A DNA stretch of 64,000 bases, taken from contig NIVC01002891.1 of assembly GCA_002269645.1 (NCBI GenBank), positions 62,001 through 126,000 of the forward strand, written 5' to 3'. This stretch comes from Macrostomum lignano (Eukaryota). Shown one piece after another: positions 51,113 to 61,400 of this stretch; the stretch's first letter is position 1; each line of letters opens with the position of its first letter. The notes below the pieces were generated by a model. The model was not told where the DNA came from, did not search any database, and saw nothing but the letters and a program-made list of their open reading frames with translations. A program made the position numbers and the translations under genes.

Positions 51113-53598
51113 TGAAAATGCTCGCAATCTCCTTTCTTTTACTTCTCATTATCAAGCGTGCTGTTCTACCAGAATTCTACTTTCAAGTGAGCCAACGCTA
51201 TGACGTGACAGTCCAAAGCCTGCGGAAATTGGAAAGAACTGCTACCTGTCTACTGAAATGCCATCTAGACCAACGGTTCCTGTTGAAATGCCTTGAACTG
51301 CAGCTTACGCCTAAGTTTGTGCGCTTCAAAGTGCCTCAATCTGTAGTGTTCAGAAACTTAAAAGGCGTCCATGCTAACTTAGTCAATAAGCAATTCACCT
51401 ACTGCAAGCAGAAAGATAAGAAGCTTACTAAGTCGTTAAAGCATCAGAAGCTTCTCCTACGCCAAAAGACCGGCATTTTAACGTATGCAGCAGTCGTGCA
51501 TTTGATCAACAAGCAAGCCAGGAAGATCAATGAGACAGCTGTACAAAAACAACAAGGCAAACTTCGCAATCTATGGGTTGAGAAGACGAAACACGGTCCT
51601 GACTCCGTCACCAATCTCTCGGATCACGAGCTAACCATCGCGGAGAAGAATGCTCTTCAGTTTGGTCTCAACCAGCCTGTTCTGCCACCTCGCCTTCCTC
51701 GCATCAACATCCAAGCTGCTATCGAGGACGTGGTAAGTGGAGGTACGATTGGGAACACTGACGGAGGCACGGATACCGGAATCAAACCTGAATTCAAAAA
51801 CCACTTAATTACTGCTAGTGATAACTTCTTTGCCAAGGCGCAAAACTACATTAATAACAAGGCCAATCGCTTGCTGCACTGTACTTTGAGATCTTTGAAA
51901 AACAATGAAAATATCCGCATACTTAAATACGATAAAGGTAACGGCACTGCCATCTTGAATGTCACTGACTACAATGAAAAGATGAGAAGCATTTTAAGTG
52001 ACGGATCTAAGTTTAAGTGTCTCGGGGAACATTCTTTAGTTACTACCTCGCACCCTATCTTAAAAAATGAGCGCAAAATTCAAACCTTTCTTTCCCAGCA
52101 TATCAAAAAACACGTTAAGCCTGATACTTATTATAAAATCTACCCAAGCGGCAGCCAACCAGGTCAGATGTATGGCATGTGCAAAGTGCACAAGCCCGAT
52201 AAACCACTGCGACCTATTGTGTCTATGGTCAACACTGCTGAATATCAGTTAGCCAAGTTCTTGGATAGCCTCATTAAGCCGCACATTGAACGTGACTATC
52301 ATGTTAACTCGAGTAAAGAATTTTTGAACTCGCTATCTGAGGTCGAGTTCAATGATGATGATAGGCTTTTTAGCTTTGATATTGTCTCACTGTTCACTAA
52401 CATTCCGCTAAATCTCGCCATTGATCTGGCTACTGACTTAGTCTACTCGAAAGAAGGCTCTAGACCATCGTATAGCAAAGATCAGTTCCGTAAGCTCATG
52501 GTCATGGCCACTAGCGGAATTTTCCTTTTTCAAGATAAGTATTACCGCCAAATCGACGGATGCGCCATGGGAAGCCCCCTTGCCCCAACGCTTGCCAACA
52601 TTTGCCTCTCCAATTGGGAGAAGGAATGGCTGAGAAGCGACTGCGCTCCTAAATTCTATCAGAGATATGTCGATGACACGCTTTTGATCTTTGACAAAAA
52701 AGCGGACCACACCAAGTTCCTTGATTTGTTAAATAACACGCATCCTAACATCAAATTCACTGTTGAGGGAGGCGGAAAAACCATACCGTTCCTTGACATT
52801 GACATTAACATTGAAGGTCAGCAGCTTTCGACCAAAGTTTATAGAAAACCAACCTTCACCGGCCTTCTGCTTAACTTTAATTCGATCTGCCCGAAGCAGT
52901 GGAAAATCGGCCTGGTTCGCTGCATGCTCCACCGGGCTTTTGAAATTTCTAACAGCTGGAAGAATTTCCATGAAGAAGTGACTAATCTCACTAAATATTT
53001 CCGTATGAATGATTACCCAGAATCTCTGCTTAGCTACCATCTTAAAAAGTTTCTCAACCAAAAATTACATTTGCAAAAATCCAATGTGAATGAACAACAG
53101 CAAGATCAGTTTCAGACCAAATATAGGCACCTTTCTATCCCCTACTTTGGCGAGGCTTCGATCAGTTTTAAGAAAGCGCTCCTCCGGTGCTTTAAGCAGT
53201 TTTCTAATGATAATCTGAGAATCACCTTTTATTGCGATAAAGTTGGCCAGTATGTCTCTAAGCTCAAAAGCCGTGTGCCTCTGCAACTACGTGCAGGTGT
53301 CGTCTACCAATTCCAGTGCTCTGTTGATCAGAGAGTTACCTACCTAGGTAAATCGAAACGGCACTTGTATGTTAGGGGCAGAGAACACTGGTTAAAGCCA
53401 TCAGCAGTGCAAGACCATCTTATGGCCTGTAGTGAATGCGCCAACAGTGAACAAAAGGATAGGTTTACTATCATACACAGTTGCAATATCGATCATCGCC
53501 TTAAGATTATTGAAGCTATGTACATTAAAAACTGGCAACCAACTTTAAATAAACAGTTGGGTTATTCCGGGGCCGGTGCTCTCCTGAGAGTGTTCTAA
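51112..53598 (+). CDS. Penelope-like polyprotein: reverse transcriptase + GIY-YIG endonuclease
   Basis: RT motifs SFDIVSLFTNIP, QIDGCAMGSPLAPTLANI, RYVDD; C-terminal GVVYQFQC...TYLGKSKRHLYVRGREH. The 828-aa frame is intact; the true start may be spliced. Confidence 0.93.
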   Translation: MKMLAISFLLLLIIKRAVLPEFYFQVSQRYDVTVQSLRKLERTATCLLKCHLDQRFLLKCLELQLTPKFVRFKVPQSVVFRNLKGVHANLVNKQFTYCKQKDKKLTKSLKHQKLLLRQKTGILTYAAVVHLINKQARKINETAVQKQQGKLRNLWVEKTKHGPDSVTNLSDHELTIAEKNALQFGLNQPVLPPRLPRINIQAAIEDVVSGGTIGNTDGGTDTGIKPEFKNHLITASDNFFAKAQNYINNKANRLLHCTLRSLKNNENIRILKYDKGNGTAILNVTDYNEKMRSILSDGSKFKCLGEHSLVTTSHPILKNERKIQTFLSQHIKKHVKPDTYYKIYPSGSQPGQMYGMCKVHKPDKPLRPIVSMVNTAEYQLAKFLDSLIKPHIERDYHVNSSKEFLNSLSEVEFNDDDRLFSFDIVSLFTNIPLNLAIDLATDLVYSKEGSRPSYSKDQFRKLMVMATSGIFLFQDKYYRQIDGCAMGSPLAPTLANICLSNWEKEWLRSDCAPKFYQRYVDDTLLIFDKKADHTKFLDLLNNTHPNIKFTVEGGGKTIPFLDIDINIEGQQLSTKVYRKPTFTGLLLNFNSICPKQWKIGLVRCMLHRAFEISNSWKNFHEEVTNLTKYFRMNDYPESLLSYHLKKFLNQKLHLQKSNVNEQQQDQFQTKYRHLSIPYFGEASISFKKALLRCFKQFSNDNLRITFYCDKVGQYVSKLKSRVPLQLRAGVVYQFQCSVDQRVTYLGKSKRHLYVRGREHWLKPSAVQDHLMACSECANSEQKDRFTIIHSCNIDHRLKIIEAMYIKNWQPTLNKQLGYSGAGALLRVF

Positions 53599-53617
53599 AC
53601 GTACACCCACTACCCGG

Positions 53618-53663
<46 letters not shown>

Positions 53664-55446
53664 TTCTCTGTCTGTCTCGGTTTTGATCTGTTGACTCCCC
53701 CGTGTTTTGTTATTACGATCTTGTGCATCACTGACTATCTGCCACTGAAATGTATTTATACTCTACGTTTTGACTTAAATTAAATAAATTCCAATCTGCC
53801 CGATGATGCCTAAAGTTAGGCGAAACATGTCGTTCTAATGAAAATGCTCGCAATCTCCTTTCTTTTAAAGCTAAATGTAGCTACCATTTCCTAATCTATA
53901 GGGGCAGAAGTTCTACTTTTGTGTCCCTGTTAGATTTTTATCCCATGATAAAATTAGCAAGACTTGATACATAAATTACTTAGATACTAGAACTGTAATT
54001 TAATTTGTGGTGGTTTGATTAAGTTGTATTATGATATTAATTCAGATACCCCAGCAAATTCTGATACCCCCCGCTCCACTTAGTTATGTAATTTAAAAAT
54101 TTTGCATTTCAAATGCTAGCCTGCCTCATTCTACTTAGATCCTGCGTGGGTTTGGTCCAACTCGGATGGCAAGGGATCACAGGGGACGCGCAGAGTTATT
54201 CACGGGTCCAGGCCGCGTGCACAACCATAATGCAAGCTATTTATAAATATATATTGAGCTAGTACTCCCAGGCAAATGTTGTTCTATATTACATTTGGCT
54301 CATATCTTTCCTATGATGAAACTAGCTCGTGACGAGTGAGCATACATTTTACCTATCAAATTTTCTCTTACAGTTAAATTAAGAGATGAAGAAGGCAGGG
54401 AACGAATCGATGATGGATGTACCTTCGCCACTTAGGACCACAATTAGCCTCAACCATTGCACTCAAAAGCGAGCGGTAATGAACCAGTTTGAACTCAGAC
54501 AATTCAAATTCACCTGAAAGTGTCAGAAATTCGGGCAATGAGTAATTAACGGCCGAAAACTCAAGACACTGCAGGATGCGCCGATGGCGCGGTTGCTGAA
54601 GCACAAGGCCCACCAAGCAATTAGGGCAGGAGGGCGAACATCACAGGCCACGCTTTTCAAGCCATGTCAAACTTGAGCTGATTGAATCAATGGAACAAAA
54701 ATTCTCCCGGATGTTGAAACTGACAAATTGTTCGTCAAGAGAGGGGCTGCAGCTTGAGAGAGGGACCCTTCTATGTATCGGGAGGAGAGACTGGCGAAAA
54801 TTAGTCCGAGACTAATTATTAACTCTCACGCGCAAGCTATAGAGAGCTTACACCGGAACTTACGGAAGCTTTAATGGGCCCAATCACTGTTCAAACACTT
54901 ATCAATGACTATTAAAATACACTAAAATAGAATTTTATGACCTCCACAATTGCGTTAGCTAATTTAGTAGGCACCAAATGCGCTAGTGCTTATGGTGATA
55001 AAAGGGCCTCATGAGTGTTAACGAGAATCAGAGCCACTTAATTGTTTAGTTTGCAAGCAAAAAGAGAATCAGAAAAAGCATCAAGACACACTGAAGACTT
55101 TACTAAATGGAAGGCATTTTACTGCAAGCTGCTCGTGGCGTCTGCAGTGGCCATCTATACGCGAAGTTGAAAAAATAAAAGAGGGGCGGCTGCAGATAAC
55201 AGGTGCGTCAGACAGAGGCATGGAGTCCCAGGTGGACTTTGGCATCTGGATTGGAAACAAACCAGATTGCAGACACCCAGGCATCTATGCTCTGAACTCC
55301 GCGACTCTTGTTTTCCAGCTTCCATGCCCCTCTGTCTCTCTGTGTTCGTATTTTTGCAATTGTCTCACTCCTCTGCTTCATAAATGTGAGCGCGAGCGCA
55401 GCAGCTGCGCAGACCTAAAAAACTTCAACCAGCGCACCTGCCCAGA

Positions 55447-58400
55447 ATGGCCCAGTCAACTCGATCAGGTTCGGGCGGGTCCGCTGACAGTCGTTTCGAA
55501 TTACCCGCCATCAACACCCGGCACAACCCGCACCCACACAGGTGCGTCCACATCAGCTCCCTGCACGGCTGCCAGGTGCCCAGCGTGGTCGATGATCAAA
55601 TGCCACTGCATCTGCACGTGTGAGTTCCTTTGGTGCTGAGTTCCTTTGGTGCTGAGTTCCTTTGTTGCTGAGTTCCTTTGTTGCTGAGTTCCTTTGTTGC
55701 TGAGTTCCTTTGGTACTGAGTTCCTTTGTTGCTGAGTTCCTTTGTTGCTGAGTTCCTTTGGTACTGAGTTCCTTTGTTGCTGAGTTCCTTTGTTGCTGAG
55801 TTCCTTTGGTACTGAGTTCCTTTGTTGCTGAGTTCCTTTGTTGCTGAGTTCCTTTGTTTCTGAGTTCCTTTGTTGCTGAGTTCCTTTGTTGCTGAGTTCC
55901 TTTGTTGCTGAGTTCCTTTGGTACTGAGTTCCTTTGTTGCTGAGTTCCTTTGTTGCTGAGTTCCTTTGGTACTGAGTTCCTTTGTTGCTGAGTTCCTTTG
56001 TTGCTGAGTTCCTTTGGTGCTGAGTTCCTTTGGTACTGAGTTCCTTTGTTGCTGAGTTCCTTTGGTGCTGAGTTCCTTTGTTGCTGAGTTCCTTTGTTGC
56101 TGAGTTCCTTTGTTGCTGAGTTCCTTTGTTGCTGAGTTCCTTTGGTACTGAGTTCCTTTGGTGCTGAGTTCCTTTGGTGCTGAGTTCCTTTGTTGCTGAG
56201 TTCCTTTGGTGCTGAGTTCCTTTGGTGCTGAGTTCCTTTGTTGCTGAGTTCCTTTGGTACTGAGTTCCTTTGTTGCTGAGTTCCTTTGGTACTGAGTTCC
56301 CTTGTTGCTGAGTTCCTTTGTTGCTGAGTTCCTTTGGTGCTGAGTTCCTTTGTTGCTGAGTTCCTTTGGTGCTGAGTTTCTGTTCGTGGGTGCTGAGTAT
56401 CTGTTCGTGGGTGCTGAGGATCTGTTCGTGGGTGCTGAGTACCTGTTTGTGGGTGCTGAGTACCTGTTCGTGGGTGCTGAGTACCTGTTCGTGGGTGCTG
56501 AGTACCTGTTCGTGGGTGCTGAGTACCTGTTCGTGGGTGCTGAGTACCTGTTCGTGGGTGCTGAGTACCTGTTCGTGGGTGCTGAGTACCTGTTCGTGGG
56601 TGCTGAGTACCTGTTCGTGGGTGCTGAGTACCTGTTCGTGGGTGCTGAGTACCTGTTCGTGGGTGCTGAGTACTTTTTCTTGGGTGCGACTCTGAATTCC
56701 TGCTCTCCAGATGCGTTCAATTCGCTTTCCTGTATCAATACTAAATATTCGTTAAAAACCAAAATTGAAATGAAATTTATAGAATTTTAATTTTTTTTTG
56801 CGCACTACTGACAGACAATAATTACCAATAAAAAGCAGTACATTGAGAGTTTAGCTGATCTTCAATTAAACTTGCTGGAAATCCGCTCAGCTGCTACCCG
56901 ACAGCCCGGCCGGAGGTGCTGCGCGCGGCCGCTGCCAAGCCCAGCGAGCAGCTCAACGGTCTGGCGAAACCTGAGCACCTTGAGCAGTTTTCTCGGCTGC
57001 TGGCTAAGGATAAGTCCGAGTCCTGTAGTGCCTGGCGCGGTGCGCTGTCCAGCCTCACCCGGGAGACTTTCGGCGTCGGCGGCGACGGCAGCAGCAGTGA
57101 CGGCGCCGTTCCGGAACGGCCCAGCCGGACTCGAGCGGGTGAAACTCGGTTTTTCGGGGTGATAGTCTAGAGTGCCAGAAGGGTGACGGAAGGGTTACAA
57201 CACAGAGTGACAGAAGGGTGACGGCAGAGGGTGCTATAACAGTGACACTACTATGGCCTCTCTCTGCCTCTCTCCCTGCCTCTCTCCCTGCCTCTCTCCC
57301 TGCCTCTCTCCCTGCCTCTCTCCCTGCCTCTCTCCCTGCCTCTCTCCCTGCCTCTCTCCTTGCCTCTCTCCCTGCCTCTCTCCCTGCCTCTCTCGCTGCT
57401 TCTCTCGCTGCTTCTCTCCCTGCCTCTCTCCCTGCCTCTCTCCCTGCCTCTCTCCCTGCCTCTCTCCCTGCCTCTCTCTCTGCCTCTCTCCCTGCCTCTC
57501 TCCCTGCCTCTCTCCCTGCCTCTCTCCCTGCCTCTCTCGCTGCTTCTCTCGCTGCTTCTCTCCCTGCCTCTCTCCCTGCCTCTCTCCCTGCCTCTCTCCC
57601 TGCCTCTCTCCCTGCCTCTCTCCCTGCCTCTCTCCCTGCCTCTCTCCCTGCCTCTCCCCCTGCCTCTCCAGATTAAGAAATTAACCCAAGCCTGTGTAAA
57701 GCTGTTCGTCCTTAAAATAAGCACTATATTGTTGTTTATTTATCACCGTCCTCATACCTAGAGACAAAGAAGTTGGATTGTTTTTCTCTCTATAGGTACT
57801 TTAGTTTGTAAAATGTAATAACAAATGGAATGAGAATAGCATCATAATAATTATGTACATATTTCTAACAGTGTACAATGCTGGTTACAAACGGTAAATC
57901 AGAATAGTTCTGTGAGAATCCGACTTGACAAAGTTTCGTTTCAATGAAACGATCGATTATTTATAATTGGGCTTGGGGTGGTCTGCTAGCCTCGGTGTAC
58001 AATGGAAATGGAGAAGCTGTCTGATTGGTCGGACAGCCGGACCTCTCTCAGACTCTTGCCCATTGAACCTCCACCCCAACCCCCAACCCAGACTGTTGCA
58101 TTAGCACAAGGGTTTGCAAAGGCAATTTTCAAATTATCATTCTAAATAATTAGGGGTGGGTACACTGCACAATATAAACTCATACGTCTTCAACCATCGT
58201 GTGTGTTTCAATACCGATTGCCAATCTAATTGACTGAGCGAATTGTCAAAAATGTCAGCTCGACTGCGTCCGTTGTTGATTGCGTTGGCTCTTTGGGCCT
58301 CATTGACGCTGGCAGCCCCTCCCTTTGGAACTGACACCGGTAACAACGGCAGTGACGACGATTGGAAAGTATCCGAAACTGGTGCTGGCAGCAAGGACGA

Positions 58401-61400
58401 CGATTTAAAAGTGTTCAAAACCGGTGCTGGAAGCAAGGACGACGACTGGAAAGTGTCCAAAACCGGTGCTGGCAGTAAGCAAAACGCTGGTACCAAAGAC
58501 GACGACTCAAATGTGGCCAAAACCGGTGCTGCTAAAAAGAACGATGACTGGAAAGTGTCCAAAACCAATGCTGGCAGCAAGGACGACGACTGGAAAGTGT
58601 CCAAAACCAATCCTGGCAGCAAGGACGACGACTGGAAAGTGTCCAAAACCTATGCTGGCAGCAAGGACGACGACTGGAAAGTGTCCAAAACCAATCCTGG
58701 CAGCAAGGACGACGACTGGAAAGTGTCCAAAACCAATGCTGGCAGCAAGAACGACGACTGGAAAGTGTCCAAAACCAATGCTGGCAGCAAGAACGACGAC
58801 TGGAAAGTGTCCAAAACCAACGCTGGCAGCAAGAACGACGATTGGAAAGTGCCCAAAACCAATCCTGGCAGCAAAGACGACGACTGGAAAGTGTCCAAAA
58901 CCAATGCTGGCAGCAAGAACGACGATTGGAAAGTGCCCAAAACCAATCCTGGCAGCAAGGACGACGACTGGAAAGTGTCCAAAACCAATGCTGGCAGCAA
59001 GAACGACGATTGGAAAGTGCCCAAAACCAATCCTGGCAGCAAGGACAACGACTGGAAAGTGTCCAAAACCAATCCTGGCAGCAAGGACGACGACTGGAAA
59101 GTGCCAAAAACATATGCTGGCAGCAAGAACGACGACTGGAAAGTGTCCAAAACCAATGCTGGCAGCAAGAACGACGACTGGAAAGTGTCCAAAACCAATG
59201 CTGGGAGCAAGAACGACGATTCAAGGAAAGTGTCCAAAACCAATGCTGGCAGCAAGAACGACGATTGGAAAGTGCCCAAAACCAATCCTGGCAGCAAGGA
59301 CGACGACTGGAAAGTGTCCAAAACCAATGCTGGCAGCAAGAACGACGATTGGAAAGTGCCCAAAACCAATCCTGGCAGCAAGGACAACGACTGGAAAGTG
59401 TCCAAAACCAATCCTGGCAGCAAGGACGACGACTGGAAAGTGCCAAAAACCAATGCTGGCAGCAAGAACGACGACTGGAAAGTGTCCAAAACCAATGCTG
59501 GCAGCAAGAACGACGACTGGAAAGTGTCCAAAACCAATGCTGGGAGCAAGAACGACGATTCAAGGAAAGTGTCCAGAACCAATGCTGGCAGCAAGAACGA
59601 CGATTGGAAAGTGCCCAAAACCAATCCTGGCAGCAAGGACGATGACTGGAAAGTGTCCAAAGCCGTTGCTGGCAACATGGAAAACACTGGTACCAAGGAA
59701 GAAGACTGGAAAGTGTCCAAAACCGGTGCTGGCGATAAGGAAAAAAACACTGGTACCAAAGGCAAAGACGACTGGAAAGTGCCCAAAACCAATGCTGGCA
59801 GCAAGAACGACGACTGGAAAGTGTCCAAAACCAATGCTGGCAGCAAGAACGACGATTGGAAAGTGCCCAAAAGCGGTGTCGGTAGCAAGGACGACGACTG
59901 GAAAGTGCCCAAAACCAATGCTGGCAGCAAGGACAACGACTGGAAAGTGCCCAAGACCAATCCTGGCAGCAAGGACAACGACTGGAAAGTGCCCAAAACC
60001 AATGCTGGCAGCAAGGGCGACGACTGGAAAGTGTCCAAAACCAATGCTGGCAGCAAGAACGACGACTGGAAAGTGCCCAAAAGCGGTGTCGGTAGCAAGG
60101 ACGACGACTGGAAAGTGCCCAAAAACGGTGCTGGCAGCAAGAACGACGACTGGAAAGTGTCCAAAACCAATGCTGGCAGCAAGAACGACGACTGGAAAGT
60201 GTCCAAAACCAATGCTGGCAGCAAGAACGACGACTGGAAAGTGTCCAAAACCAATGCTGGCAGCAAGAACGACGACTGGAAAGTGCCCAAAACCAATACT
60301 GGCAGCAAGGACGACGACTGGAAAGTGTCCAAAACTGTTGCTGGCAACAAGGAAAACACTGGTACCAAGGACTACGACTGGAAAGTGTCCAAAACCAATG
60401 CTGGTAGCAAGAATGACGACTGGAAAGTGTCCAAAACCAATGCTGGCAGCAAGAACGACGACTGGAAAGTGTCCAAAACCAATGCTGGCAGCAAGAACGA
60501 CGACTGGAAAGTGCCCAAAACCAATACTGGCAGCAAGGACGACGACTGGAAAGTGTCCAAAACCAATGCTGGTAGCAAGAACGACGACTGGAAAGTGCCC
60601 AAAACCAATGCTGGTAGCAAGCACGACGATTGGAAAGTGTCCGAAACCGGTGCTGCTAAAAAGGACGACGACTTGAAAGAGTCCAAAACCGGTGCTGGAA
60701 GCAAGGACGACGACTGGAAAGTGGCAAAAACTGGTGCTGAGAGCAACGGAAAGAGTATCTGGAAGGCAGCCAGCACCGATTCTGAGAACAACAACAACTG
60801 GAAGGCAGCCAACACCGGTTCTGAGAGCAGCAACGACAACGGGAAGGCAGCGAACACCGGATCTGAGAGCAACAACGAAAACTGGAAGGCAGCCAGCACC
60901 GGTTCTGAGAGCAACAACAACTGGAAGGCAGCCAACACCGGTTCTGAGAGCAGCAACGACAACGGGAAGGCAGCCAACACCGGTACTGAGAGCAACAACG
61001 ACAACTGGAAGGCAGCCAACACCGGTTCTGAAAGCAACAACGACAAATGGAAGGCAGCCAACACCGGTTCTGAAAGCAACAACGACAACTGGAAGGCAGC
61101 CAACACCGGTTCTGAAAGCAGCAACGACAACTGGAAGGCAGCCAACACCGGTACTGAAAGCAGCAACGACAACTGGAAGGCAGCCAACACCGGATCTGAG
61201 AGCAACGACAACTGGAAGGCAGCCAACACCGGTTCTGAAAGCAACAACGACAACTGGAAGGCAGCCAACACCGGTTCTGAAAGCAGCAACGACAACTGGA
61301 AGGCAGCCAACACCGGTTCTGAGAGCAACAGCGACAACTGGAAGGCAGCCAACACCGGTACTGAAAGCAGCAACGACAACTGGAAGGCAGCCAACACCGG

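Larger units (their letters stand above)
48825..53863. mobile_element. Penelope-like retroelement insertion: inverted 5'-truncated arm (48825-50599, -) plus pLTR-ORF-pLTR copy (50600-53863, +)
   Basis: TSD TTTAAAGCTAAATGT at 48810-48824 and 53864-53878 (the first 4 nt overlap the element end). Direct repeat 50600-51141 matches 53368-53867. The inverted arm matches 52120-53863. Confidence 0.93.
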
